Part shown: one piece after another, positions 7,915-15,374 of the stretch
How positions within the stretch are numbered: position 1 is the stretch's first letter
Layout of the letters: every line of letters begins with the position of its first letter
Source of the DNA: Escherichia phage vB_Ec-M-J
Sequence record: OQ718158.1
Reading direction: 5' to 3' (one strand)
DNA length: 64,000 nt
The notes under the pieces: generated by a model
Told to the model about the DNA's origin: nothing
Databases searched by the model: none
The model's input: the letters and a program-made list of their open reading frames with translations, nothing else
Translations under genes and position numbers: made by a program

Positions 7915-7932
7915 CACTACAAGGAAACTAAA

Positions 7933-8076
7933 ATGAAAACTTGTCAATGTGGTCAGAAATCTATTACGGGTTTAAAGCGGGGCGTTGCTCTTTGCCAGTA
8001 CCATTATAATTTACAAGTATGGGGTAAAGAATGGGCCGACCAGGTGGAAGCAGCAAAGAAAGCAAAAAGTAAGTAA
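7933..8076 (+). CDS. small Cys/His-containing protein (47 aa), not in ORF track
   Basis: ATG after RBS AAGGAA; CQCG...LCQYH could bind metal. Confidence 0.5.
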   Translation: MKTCQCGQKSITGLKRGVALCQYHYNLQVWGKEWADQVEAAKKAKSK

Positions 8077-8094
8077 AATATTATCACAGTACTA

Positions 8095-8123
8095 TTGACA
8101 TAGTTTGATAGTACTGGCATAAT
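8095..8123 (+). promoter_or_regulatory. class-B early promoter
   Basis: ATTATCACAGTACTATTGACA-17-CATAAT; same cassette at 8389, 11231, 11502, 19423. Confidence 0.6.
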
Positions 8124-8156
8124 AGATTTTATCAAGACAACTAAGAGGAAACAATA

Positions 8157-8369
8157 ATGGCTATCATCACAAAAATCAAAGTTAACAAATCACTGGTTAA
8201 ACTTGAACAAGTGAAAGCAGGTTATAAAGTATCGTGGTGCGGTATGTATCGGATGTTCACCGATATAGACAATGCAATCAAGTACTACACTGACACCGTT
8301 GCCTCATTCGTTCGTGCTGATGTGGTTATGGCAGTGGCAACGCACAAAGCAGCGAAAGAAAGTAAGTAA
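8157..8369 (+). CDS. hypothetical early protein (70 aa)
   Basis: track ORF; RBS AAGAGGAAA. Confidence 0.65.
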   Translation: MAIITKIKVNKSLVKLEQVKAGYKVSWCGMYRMFTDIDNAIKYYTDTVASFVRADVVMAVATHKAAKESK

Positions 8370-8388
8370 AAATATTATCACAGTACTA

Positions 8389-8417
8389 TTGACATAGTTT
8401 GATAGTACTGGCATAAT
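8389..8417 (+). promoter_or_regulatory. class-B early promoter
   Basis: TTGACA-17-CATAAT, near-identical to 8095 copy. Confidence 0.6.
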
Positions 8418-8458
8418 AGATTTTATCAAGACAACATATTAATTTAAGGAATACAAAA

Positions 8459-8782
8459 ATGGCTAAAACTATCATTAACACCGTTTCCCTGGCTGCAATC
8501 CGTGCAATCAATGTTGACGGTAAACGTTGGACTGATTCATATGGCAATACTTATCATTCTTGTCATGTAAGCGTTGAACTGGATAACGGTTTGAATGATC
8601 TGGCGGTTGAATCATTTACTTATGGCTATGAAGATGCATATCAACAAACGGCGTTATCTCTCTTAAAGGAATCAGTAGACGGGCTTAATACTGATGAAAC
8701 CTCCCTTACTCGTGTGTGCAATGATCTTAATATCCCGTTGCATTGTACTGTACAGAATGTTAAACGCAAAAAAGATCTTTAA
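8459..8782 (+). CDS. hypothetical early protein; paralog of 14956..15279
   Basis: track ORF; shares RWTDS(Y/H)GNTYHSC.VS...FTYGY...KRKKD with 14956 gene. Confidence 0.7.
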   Translation: MAKTIINTVSLAAIRAINVDGKRWTDSYGNTYHSCHVSVELDNGLNDLAVESFTYGYEDAYQQTALSLLKESVDGLNTDETSLTRVCNDLNIPLHCTVQNVKRKKDL

Positions 8783-8861
8783 TTAGCTTTACTTTATGCA
8801 GATACTTTGATATAGTGTCTGCATAGGGGAAAGAAATTAAACTACTTAAGAGGATCGTATA

Positions 8862-9131
8862 ATGAAAAATATCAGTACTTTAATCGATGCAGGTACTCAT
8901 GTTCGTCGGTCTATGGTTGCAACCAGTACTACAAAACAAGTAGCGAGCGGTTATCTTGTATTTGTGCACGATGGTAAACTCCTGGAACGTTCAATCAATT
9001 TTGATGTTAAAAACAATTGCCGTTTTATTATCTTTAAGCGTGAGCAATATAAAATTGATTTACCAGCAAAGCCCATTAGTGGGGCGTACAACGTGCAATC
9101 ATTGTTTGAACGTCAACCATACACCTATTAA
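8862..9131 (+). CDS. hypothetical protein (89 aa)
   Basis: track ORF; RBS AAGAGGA. Confidence 0.55.
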   Translation: MKNISTLIDAGTHVRRSMVATSTTKQVASGYLVFVHDGKLLERSINFDVKNNCRFIIFKREQYKIDLPAKPISGAYNVQSLFERQPYTY

Positions 9132-9182
9132 TCAAAACATCGTTAGCGGTCGATTCAGGCCGCTTATATTGGGGATTATACC

Positions 9183-9455
9183 ATGAACGTTAATCAAGTA
9201 CTGAATGAGATCGAAAGCATCATTAAACCGATGAAGCGTACTGATGCTATGTTAACACCGGAAGAATGCCGCCTTTATGAGCGTTACAGCGTCGAACAAG
9301 TCCAGGCAATGGCTATGGCTACCCCAGCCGTTAAACCGCCTGAGAATGCGTTACAGGACGTTACAGGGGATTATATCATCAATCCAGTACTAGGGAAGAT
9401 GGCTGCAATCACCGAAGATCAACAAGACTACTTAAGCCAGTACTTAAAAGGTTAA
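9183..9455 (+). CDS. hypothetical protein (90 aa)
   Basis: track ORF; RBS GGGGA. Confidence 0.55.
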   Translation: MNVNQVLNEIESIIKPMKRTDAMLTPEECRLYERYSVEQVQAMAMATPAVKPPENALQDVTGDYIINPVLGKMAAITEDQQDYLSQYLKG

Positions 9456-9460
9456 TTAAT

Positions 9461-9670
9461 ATGCTTACTGTACAGGATAAGATCGACATCTTAAAGGTTA
9501 ATATGTATGTGATTGATGCAGTACCTGGTAAAGTATTTGCCTACGATGACACCACTGTAAGCGATTTCTACTATAGCCAGGCCGTGGGGGATCTTTCTGT
9601 ACAGTCGGTTATTGAAAACGTAGTTAATGCAGCGTATGAGCATTTACTTTCAAATAGTACTTGCAATTAG
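9461..9670 (+). CDS. hypothetical protein (69 aa)
   Basis: track ORF; 3' end runs into next promoter -35. Confidence 0.5.
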   Translation: MLTVQDKIDILKVNMYVIDAVPGKVFAYDDTTVSDFYYSQAVGDLSVQSVIENVVNAAYEHLLSNSTCN

Positions 9671-9720
9671 TTTTTAAACGCGTATAATGTTTTACATGAA
9701 GGGGAGAAATGATTCTCCCC
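9661..9720 (+). promoter_or_regulatory. early promoter + 5' stem-loop
   Basis: TTGCAA-16-TATAAT; hairpin GGGGAGAAatgaTTCTCCCC. Confidence 0.6.
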
Positions 9721-9739
9721 ACTAATTAAGGAATATGAA

Positions 9740-9886
9740 ATGAAAGCATCAAAAAAGAGTACTAACAAGAAAGCACGTTCAACCTTAGATGGGGTATTCC
9801 CTTTACGTTTCGTTGATGAAGTGGTTTCCTACCCGCCTGGCCTTACTCCTGAGATGGTAGAAAGTTTGCGTAAATCTAAAAAATAG
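9740..9886 (+). CDS. small basic protein (48 aa), not in ORF track
   Basis: ATG after RBS AAGGAA following promoter-hairpin. Confidence 0.5.
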   Translation: MKASKKSTNKKARSTLDGVFPLRFVDEVVSYPPGLTPEMVESLRKSKK

Positions 9887-9889
9887 TAC

Positions 9890-9949
9890 TTGCAATTAGT
9901 TTTTAGTACTGTATAATGTTTTACATGAAGGGGAGAAATGATTCTCCCC
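9890..9949 (+). promoter_or_regulatory. early promoter + 5' stem-loop
   Basis: TTGCAA-16-TATAAT; hairpin GGGGAGAAatgaTTCTCCCC. Confidence 0.6.
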
Positions 9950-9967
9950 AATAACAGGAGAAACAAA

Positions 9968-10120
9968 ATGAAACAATACAACGCTCGGTTTGATGTTACT
10001 ATCGGTAACGGCAAAGGTCAATTCTCTTTCAGTACTCGCAAAAGTTATACAGAAAACTTCCTGCGTAATTGTGCACTGACCGCCGCACAAATTAAACATT
10101 ACTTTCAGGCTAAAAAATGA
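9968..10120 (+). CDS. hypothetical small protein (50 aa)
   Basis: start moved to ATG after RBS AGGAG. Confidence 0.55.
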   Translation: MKQYNARFDVTIGNGKGQFSFSTRKSYTENFLRNCALTAAQIKHYFQAKK

Positions 10121-10206
10121 AATCATTAGCTTACTATAGTTCTGCGGTGATCGGTGCATTGATCGCGGCGTTGTTAGTAACCTATCTATTCTTTATGGTG
10201 ATTTAA
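10117..10206 (+). CDS. small hydrophobic peptide (29 aa, one predicted TM helix)
   Basis: ATGA overlap with upstream stop; MKSLAYYSSAVIGALIAALLVTYLFFMVI. Confidence 0.4.
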   Translation: MKSLAYYSSAVIGALIAALLVTYLFFMVI

Positions 10207-10350
10207 ATGAATCCAACAGGTTTAAACTATAAAAGTTGTTCGGCGTTTACGAAAGCAAATAAAGCGAATGCACGTAAAGCGAAAGTACAGGAATACATCA
10301 AGCAAGGCATGACGCGAAAAGCGGCGATTATAAAAGCTAAAAATAAATGA
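10207..10350 (+). CDS. small Lys/Ala-rich basic protein (47 aa)
   Basis: ATG immediately after upstream TAA. Confidence 0.4.
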   Translation: MNPTGLNYKSCSAFTKANKANARKAKVQEYIKQGMTRKAAIIKAKNK

Positions 10351-10440
10351 AAAAAGTGGTTGACTCCGGTCAGCCATTTTGCTATTATATATTCATTGAG
10401 AGATAGCTCACTAGCCCACAGGGTGCATAAGTGTATCTAT
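10351..10440 (+). promoter_or_regulatory. composite element: terminator-like hairpin overlapping promoter, then conserved box
   Basis: AAAAAGTGGTTGACtccgGTCAGCC; TTGACT-17-TATTAT; TAGCCCACAGGGTGCATAAGTGTATCTAT. Confidence 0.55.
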
Positions 10441-10481
10441 TATATGAGTATTGAGTACTGAAAACTATTTTTAAAAAGTAC

Positions 10482-10541
10482 TTGCAAACTATCTCAATAA
10501 GCGTATAATGTTTTACATCGAGAGGGGGAAACGGTTTCCCC
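10482..10541 (+). promoter_or_regulatory. early promoter + 5' stem-loop
   Basis: TTGCAA-16-TATAAT-GTTTTACATC; hairpin GGGGGAAacggTTTCCCC. Confidence 0.65.
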
Positions 10542-10561
10542 TGGTAATAAGGAAACAAATC

Positions 10562-10903
10562 ATGACTATCTCAATTGCTCAATCTAACTTTGAAAATGAA
10601 ATCATCGCCCAGGCACTGCGTTTAAATGATGGTCGGGCCGAAATTAATTACGGTTTCAATTCAGGCGGTTGCGAAAACTATCAGTACTTTGTAACGGCTG
10701 ATGGCGGTGTCCTGGGTATCAATACAGTTATTGTAAACATCCAAAAAATTAATTTCAATGATCCAGACGATAGCCAGTTTTACATCACTGGCGTAGACGT
10801 GAACTATGAGGATGACTCACTAACTGATGATCACACTGGCGAGCGGTTAGAAAGTGCATACGGTGAAGATGATTATCAGTCCGGTCCAGAAGATTTCGAA
10901 TAA
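10562..10903 (+). CDS. hypothetical acidic protein (113 aa)
   Basis: start moved to ATG after RBS AAGGAA. Confidence 0.65.
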   Translation: MTISIAQSNFENEIIAQALRLNDGRAEINYGFNSGGCENYQYFVTADGGVLGINTVIVNIQKINFNDPDDSQFYITGVDVNYEDDSLTDDHTGERLESAYGEDDYQSGPEDFE

Positions 10904-10916
10904 TATAAAAAATAGT

Positions 10917-10976
10917 TTGACAATAGATTATAGTACTGTATAATTAATTACATCAAGGGGAGAAAAACTTCTCCCC
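10917..10976 (+). promoter_or_regulatory. early promoter + 5' stem-loop
   Basis: TTGACA-16-TATAAT; hairpin GGGGAGAAaaacTTCTCCCC. Confidence 0.65.
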
Positions 10977-10998
10977 ACTAACAGAGAGAGAAAACAAA

Positions 10999-11211
10999 AT
11001 GGCTAATATCCGGTCGAAATTAAAAAATGCAAAACAAGTTTTATTTTCAGATCATGAATACTTTAATAAAGATATTACAGGAGTTACAAGTATCAAGGAA
11101 GTAAAAGAAAAAACCGGCGTTTTGTGTGATGTGCGATTAGTTGGGACATTTGGGAATAACGTGCTATATCGCTGCGGTGATTACAATTTTACACTGACTA
11201 TCATTAACTAA
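10999..11211 (+). CDS. hypothetical early protein (70 aa)
   Basis: track ORF; RBS GAGAGAGA. Confidence 0.6.
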   Translation: MANIRSKLKNAKQVLFSDHEYFNKDITGVTSIKEVKEKTGVLCDVRLVGTFGNNVLYRCGDYNFTLTIIN

Positions 11212-11230
11212 AAATATTATCACAGTACTA

Positions 11231-11259
11231 TTGACATAGTTTGATAGTACTGACATAAT
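11231..11259 (+). promoter_or_regulatory. class-B early promoter
   Basis: TTGACA-17-CATAAT. Confidence 0.55.
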
Positions 11260-11294
11260 AACTTTTATCAACTACACTACTAAGGAATTAAAAA

Positions 11295-11474
11295 ATGGCT
11301 ATCATCGCAAAAACTGAAATCGTTGGTCTGGATTCTATCATCATGACGTTTGAAGATCAAAAAGGTATGTATGTAGTTTCCTATGGTGATTATGTTCGGG
11401 AGTATGAAACGGTAGACGAAGCCTTTGAAAGTTATATTCGCCAGGTGAATAAAGCATACGACGACTACCGCTAA
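11295..11474 (+). CDS. small protein (59 aa), not in ORF track
   Basis: ATG after RBS AAGGAA downstream of class-B promoter. Confidence 0.5.
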   Translation: MAIIAKTEIVGLDSIIMTFEDQKGMYVVSYGDYVREYETVDEAFESYIRQVNKAYDDYR

Positions 11475-11501
11475 AATATATTACCAGTACTATTAAATCT
11501 A

Positions 11502-11529
11502 TTGACAACGTTTGATAGTACTGTATAAT
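11502..11529 (+). promoter_or_regulatory. class-B early promoter
   Basis: TTGACA-16-TATAAT. Confidence 0.55.
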
Positions 11530-11573
11530 AAGTTTTATAAACAGTAGTTAACTTAACCTAAGAGAGAAACAAA

Positions 11574-11717
11574 ATGATCGCACTGGATTCATTCATCGAC
11601 GCAGTACTGGCAAAAACTGGCGAGGATCTGACCGCAGAACAATACGCGATGATCGAGCAATGTCAGCAAAACGGTAAATCGGTGAAAGATACTGTTAAGA
11701 TTATCCGCAAGATGTAA
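11574..11717 (+). CDS. small protein (47 aa), not in ORF track
   Basis: ATG after RBS AAGAGAGAAA. Confidence 0.5.
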   Translation: MIALDSFIDAVLAKTGEDLTAEQYAMIEQCQQNGKSVKDTVKIIRKM

Positions 11718-11723
11718 TATTAT

Positions 11724-11752
11724 AGCCCACTGGTTAACGCTGGTGGGCTTTA
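11724..11752 (+). terminator. terminator-like hairpin
   Basis: AGCCCACtggttaacgctgGTGGGCT then TTTAAT. Confidence 0.45.
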
Positions 11753-11816
11753 ATCATTTACCCTATACAATGCCAGTACTAAACCGTTTATCTCGTTAGA
11801 ATGCGTTACAGGACGT

Positions 11817-12020
11817 TTGACAATGATTAGCATGAAATCAGTACAAAAACAAATAGAAACATTATCAAAAATTAAACGTAAACAATACTCGTTAGAATAT
11901 ACAATCAATGGTAACTATCATCTAATGAAAGAAAATAATTTTATAGTCATTGATGAATCATTGCAAGTTATTAGTATAGTACTGAAAGCATTAATTAATG
12001 ATAGAAAAAAATTAAAATAA
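11817..12020 (+). CDS. hypothetical protein (67 aa), AT-rich
   Basis: track ORF; no clear RBS or promoter. Confidence 0.4.
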   Translation: MTMISMKSVQKQIETLSKIKRKQYSLEYTINGNYHLMKENNFIVIDESLQVISIVLKALINDRKKLK

Positions 12021-12023
12021 TTG

Positions 12024-12052
12024 TTGACATACAATGCCAGTACTGGCATAAT
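12024..12052 (+). promoter_or_regulatory. sigma70-like promoter upstream of box and GATC cluster
   Basis: TTGACA-17-CATAAT. Confidence 0.5.
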
Positions 12053-12077
12053 ACTTACATCAAGACGAGAACGTCAC

Positions 12078-12106
12078 TAACCCATAGGGTGCACAAATGT
12101 AACTAT
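12078..12106 (+). promoter_or_regulatory. conserved box copy
   Basis: TAACCCATAGGGTGCACAAATGTAACTAT. Confidence 0.45.
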
Positions 12107-12110
12107 ATAA

Positions 12111-12190
12111 TATCGATCAATAAATGATCAAAAAAGTACTGGATCAATTTAGCATAAGGAGTATAATTCTGATCAATTCTTGATCAAAGG
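12111..12190. repeat. cluster of five GATCAA repeats
   Basis: cGATCAAtaaatGATCAAaaaagtactgGATCAAttt..ctGATCAAttcttGATCAAagg. Confidence 0.6.
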
Positions 12191-12348
12191 CAATATACGC
12201 AGTTGAATTTATATAGACAGTACAAAGGCGTTACTATCCGTGGTAATGCTGATGGATATGTAGTATCATACGGTTTGAATAAGATAAGCACTAGTAGTAT
12301 TATTGTAGCATTACAGTACTATAGTATTTTTATAATGAGGTTAAAATA

Positions 12349-12606
12349 ATGGCTGTTGGATTCGCGAAGGACGGGGCCGAGCAAGACGAGATTAACGCAG
12401 TTATTCAGGCCGCTGTAAACCACGCTAGAACGCAAATTAACGCACAAATAGAATCACTGATACATTGCCTCGACTGTGGCGATAAAATCCCTGAGAATCG
12501 CCGCCAGGTCGTTAAGGGGTGTAAGTACTGTATCACTTGCCAGGAGGATCATGATAGTACTTTTAAACGTCAACCGCGTAATTGTTGGCATAGATCTATG
12601 AGATAA
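12349..12606 (+). CDS. TraR/DksA-family C4 zinc-finger protein
   Basis: C-x2-C-x15-C-x2-C-x2-C (HCLDCGDKIPENRRQVVKGCKYCITCQ), typical of TraR/DksA zinc fingers. Confidence 0.7.
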   Translation: MAVGFAKDGAEQDEINAVIQAAVNHARTQINAQIESLIHCLDCGDKIPENRRQVVKGCKYCITCQEDHDSTFKRQPRNCWHRSMR

Positions 12607-12612
12607 AAAGTA

Positions 12613-12640
12613 TTGACAGTACTATCCAGTAGTGTATAAT
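12613..12640 (+). promoter_or_regulatory. early promoter
   Basis: TTGACA-16-TATAAT-GTTTTATATC. Confidence 0.55.
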
Positions 12641-12669
12641 GTTTTATATCTTAACTGAGGATAGAAATC

Positions 12670-13026
12670 ATGGGAATACAACATATCACGCGTACTACTG
12701 ACAATGGCGAGATCACTGGCTATCAAGTACAGGGCAAAGTAGCACAATTGCAGTACTGGTTTGTTAAACGTGGAATCATTGCACCGGATCTTGATTATGA
12801 CCGTGTAGCGTTTATTGATTCTCTTTATGTTGATCCTGATAGTCGGGGGAATGGTGAAGGTAACGAATTAATGAATGCCTTTATTGATGCCGCCGATGAT
12901 TCAGATTGTATCATCTTAGAATGCGATACGGGAGAAGATAACGCCTTTAATCTTAAAGAATGGTATGAAGGTTTCGGATTCGAGGTACTGATCGATAGTG
13001 AATATCCTATCATGATTTTATCATAG
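12670..13026 (+). CDS. GNAT-like acetyltransferase (putative)
   Basis: acetyl-CoA motif A-like VDPDSRGNGEGNELMNAF (R-x-x-G-x-G) and C-terminal Y..GFGFE. Confidence 0.5.
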   Translation: MGIQHITRTTDNGEITGYQVQGKVAQLQYWFVKRGIIAPDLDYDRVAFIDSLYVDPDSRGNGEGNELMNAFIDAADDSDCIILECDTGEDNAFNLKEWYEGFGFEVLIDSEYPIMILS

Positions 13027-13028
13027 TA

Positions 13029-13089
13029 CTTGCATTTAGTTTTCAGTACTGTATAATAGTTTACATGAAGGGGAGAATAGTTCTCCCCA
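13029..13089 (+). promoter_or_regulatory. early promoter + 5' stem-loop
   Basis: TTGCAT-17-TATAAT; hairpin GGGGAGAAtagTTCTCCCC. Confidence 0.6.
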
Positions 13090-13105
13090 CTACAAGGAAA
13101 GACAA

Positions 13106-13294
13106 ATGGAAAACTTATCAAGTATTTTAGTACAAGATGATTTCGGTAATCCTGGAAGTGCTATCATTGTTCGGGGTAATAAAGCAACGTTTGTTATTGC
13201 TGGTGGACCCGTACAGCGTAGCATTAAAAATAATGCTGTTACCATTAATAATGTACGCTATCGCTTAGATAAAGAATTAATTCATAAACTGTAA
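13106..13294 (+). CDS. hypothetical early protein (62 aa)
   Basis: track ORF; RBS AAGGAAAGA. Confidence 0.6.
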   Translation: MENLSSILVQDDFGNPGSAIIVRGNKATFVIAGGPVQRSIKNNAVTINNVRYRLDKELIHKL

Positions 13295-13302
13295 AAAAGT
13301 AC

Positions 13303-13363
13303 TGGACAATAGATTATAGTACTGTATAATAAGTTACATGAAGGGGAGAAAATGATTCTCCCC
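13303..13363 (+). promoter_or_regulatory. early promoter + 5' stem-loop
   Basis: TGGACA-16-TATAAT; hairpin GGGGAGAAaatgaTTCTCCCC. Confidence 0.55.
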
Positions 13364-13380
13364 ACTAAGAGGAAAGAAAA

Positions 13381-13593
13381 ATGCAAGGTCAACTAATCGT
13401 TCGTAAATGGTCTGATACTAACGCTAAACCGTGGGATGTACAATACATCGCCCCCAATGGTGAATCCAGATATCAACCAGGTGTAACGCATAGTACTGAG
13501 CAATTCGCCGCCGCTCATCGTGAACGTCTGTTACAATCAATGCAGCAAGGTTTCGGTGAAAAATTCATTCAGGATCATTGGCTGAAAGATTAA
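13381..13593 (+). CDS. hypothetical early protein (70 aa)
   Basis: track ORF; RBS AAGAGGAAAG. Confidence 0.6.
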   Translation: MQGQLIVRKWSDTNAKPWDVQYIAPNGESRYQPGVTHSTEQFAAAHRERLLQSMQQGFGEKFIQDHWLKD

Positions 13594-13600
13594 AAAGTTC

Positions 13601-13660
13601 TTGCACAGTACTGAATAAAGTGTATAATGTTTTATATCGAGAGGGGAATAGTTCCCCTCC
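13601..13660 (+). promoter_or_regulatory. early promoter + 5' stem-loop
   Basis: TTGCAC-16-TATAAT; hairpin GAGGGGAAtagTTCCCCTC. Confidence 0.6.
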
Positions 13661-13679
13661 TAACAAAAAGGAAAGTATA

Positions 13680-13853
13680 ATGATCCAAGTAGAATTATCA
13701 GTACTGAAAGATCTATTTTATCGGTTAGGTACTAATGGCGAGTATCCTAAAAGTGATACCGCAAAACTTTTTGTATCACTCGACTTATGGCAACGCGAAC
13801 AATTAGTAATGTCGTGGCGTAAAGGTAAAGCAGATCGCGAGGTGAAAGCATGA
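13680..13853 (+). CDS. hypothetical early protein (57 aa)
   Basis: start moved to ATG after RBS AAGGAAAG; track start 13578 is a TTG in the promoter. Confidence 0.55.
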   Translation: MIQVELSVLKDLFYRLGTNGEYPKSDTAKLFVSLDLWQREQLVMSWRKGKADREVKA

Positions 13854-13999
13854 AAGAATTCTTATTTGAAGTAGTGTTTCAAGGTGTCGGTAGTAACCAA
13901 CTGATTCGCTCAAGTGGTTACAATGTTAACCAGGCATGGAATAACATTAAACAAATGTACCCGAACGCTATCACATATCGCAACCCGAAAGAAGTTTAA
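13850..13999 (+). CDS. small protein (49 aa), not in ORF track
   Basis: ATGA overlap with upstream stop; coordinates +/-1. Confidence 0.4.
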   Translation: MKEFLFEVVFQGVGSNQLIRSSGYNVNQAWNNIKQMYPNAITYRNPKEV

Positions 14000-14005
14000 A
14001 AATAA

Positions 14006-14092
14006 TTGAAAAAGGGATTGACTCCGGTCAGTCCCTTTGCTATTATATACGCATAGAAACAAATTAGCCCACCGGGTGCATAAATGTATCTA
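14006..14092 (+). promoter_or_regulatory. composite element: hairpin/promoter + conserved box
   Basis: AAAAAGGGATTGACtccgGTCAGTCCC; TTGACT-17-TATTAT; TAGCCCACCGGGTGCATAAATGTATCTAT. Confidence 0.55.
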
Positions 14093-14146
14093 TTGTTTGC
14101 TGGTGGCTAGTACTATCAAGTACTGAAAACTATTTTTAAAAAGTAC

Positions 14147-14174
14147 TTGCAAAGTATCACGATAAGCGTATAAT
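14147..14174 (+). promoter_or_regulatory. early promoter (long leader)
   Basis: TTGCAA-16-TATAAT-GTTTTACATC. Confidence 0.6.
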
Positions 14175-14262
14175 GTTTTACATCAGGACGGGGAACGAAA
14201 CAAGTAACCCCGTTAAGTAGTCCAGGAGTAAGACATACGAAAAACTCCCCTGATAAAATAGT
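14175..14262 (+). promoter_or_regulatory. structured leader, second copy of 3721..3810
   Basis: near-identical sequence to 3721..3810. Confidence 0.5.
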
Positions 14263-14290
14263 TTGACAATAGAAAGTAAACGAGTATAAT
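14263..14290 (+). promoter_or_regulatory. second (tandem) promoter before 14324 gene
   Basis: TTGACA-16-TATAAT. Confidence 0.5.
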
Positions 14291-14323
14291 ACTTACATCA
14301 ACCACTGATAAGGAAACATTAAA

Positions 14324-14599
14324 ATGCGGATTCTACTGACAGCTAACGAAATCGAACAAGTACTGACTACTAACCTGGAAGACTGGAAACGTGAAGCAGA
14401 TATCCAGGCGGTTCAATGGCTTAATGATAAGTTAACGCCGGATGATTTAAGTAAGATTGTAGATCCTCAATTCTACGAAGATATTCACGACACCGCGTTA
14501 AGCGTCGAGGATGTACTTGATAAGCACTACATTGATACTGATTTACATGTTTACGGTCGTAAAAACTTTATCACTATTCACGACATTTACAATACTTAA
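14324..14599 (+). CDS. hypothetical early protein (91 aa)
   Basis: track ORF; RBS AAGGAAA. Confidence 0.65.
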   Translation: MRILLTANEIEQVLTTNLEDWKREADIQAVQWLNDKLTPDDLSKIVDPQFYEDIHDTALSVEDVLDKHYIDTDLHVYGRKNFITIHDIYNT

Positions 14600-14602
14600 G
14601 TA

Positions 14603-14662
14603 TTGACAAAGTATCTTAGTACTGTATAATAGTTTACATCGAGAGGGGAAACGGTTCCCCTC
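14603..14662 (+). promoter_or_regulatory. early promoter + 5' stem-loop
   Basis: TTGACA-16-TATAAT; hairpin GAGGGGAAacggTTCCCCTC. Confidence 0.65.
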
Positions 14663-14685
14663 CTAACAAAGAGAGAGAAATAAAA

Positions 14686-14868
14686 ATGGCTAAGTGCACT
14701 ATCTGCAAGAAAGAAATAGTATTAGTTCCAAGTGCCCGTGAACGTGCCGCTCGGTTTGGTGGCAAAGCGTCAGACTATACAAAAATGTTTACTGCCCATA
14801 CAGCTTGCCAGGTAGCAAAACGTTCACAAGAAAGCGTAGAATTAATGCGTAAACTTTCCAAAAAATAA
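14686..14868 (+). CDS. small basic protein with CxxC..C (60 aa)
   Basis: track ORF; MAKCTICKK...HTACQ. Confidence 0.6.
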   Translation: MAKCTICKKEIVLVPSARERAARFGGKASDYTKMFTAHTACQVAKRSQESVELMRKLSKK

Positions 14869-14871
14869 GTA

Positions 14872-14931
14872 TTGACAAAGTATCTTAGTACTGTATAATA
14901 GTTTACATCAAGCGAGGGGAATGGTTCCCCT
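14872..14931 (+). promoter_or_regulatory. early promoter + 5' stem-loop
   Basis: TTGACA-16-TATAAT; hairpin GAGGGGAAtggTTCCCCTC. Confidence 0.65.
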
Positions 14932-14955
14932 CCTAACAAAGAGAGAGAAATAAAA

Positions 14956-15279
14956 ATGGCTATGATCCTTACCCAGAAAGTAGAACTGAAAATTGTAACC
15001 TCCTTTGACATTAACGTTAATCGGTGGACTGATTCACACGGCAATACTTACCACTCTTGCTACGTGTCTGCGTTAATTGGCGACCGCTGGGAAGACCTGG
15101 GACACGAAACCTTTACATACGGTTACGGTACACAAGGCGAATACACGGGCTTGGAGATCATTAAAGAAACCGTTATAGGTTTCAACCCGAAAGAAAAAGT
15201 TATTCACCGCATCGAGGAAGAGATCAACAAAGAAATAACAGTTCGATACAACGATGTAAAACGTAAGAAAGACATGTAA
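14956..15279 (+). CDS. hypothetical early protein; paralog of 8459..8782
   Basis: track ORF; conserved RWTDSHGNTYHSC block. Confidence 0.7.
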   Translation: MAMILTQKVELKIVTSFDINVNRWTDSHGNTYHSCYVSALIGDRWEDLGHETFTYGYGTQGEYTGLEIIKETVIGFNPKEKVIHRIEEEINKEITVRYNDVKRKKDM

Positions 15280-15301
15280 TAGAATCCATTTAAAGTACTA
15301 T

Positions 15302-15330
15302 TTGACATTGCCCAGATAGTACTTTATAAT
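15302..15330 (+). promoter_or_regulatory. sigma70-like promoter
   Basis: TTGACA-17-TATAAT. Confidence 0.55.
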
Positions 15331-15374
15331 AGACTCTAACTTGTAGTACTAACTCAACTAATAGGATGTATACC

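Noticed and set aside
8956-9186. Alternative-frame + strand ORFs nested in genes (8956..9186, 17967..18179, 29780..29998, 32221..32427, 39042..39287, 41552..41737, 44947..45216, 45300..45521, 56858..57076, 62412..62621)
   Set aside because: They overlap longer ORFs that carry family motifs or RBSs and have no independent support.
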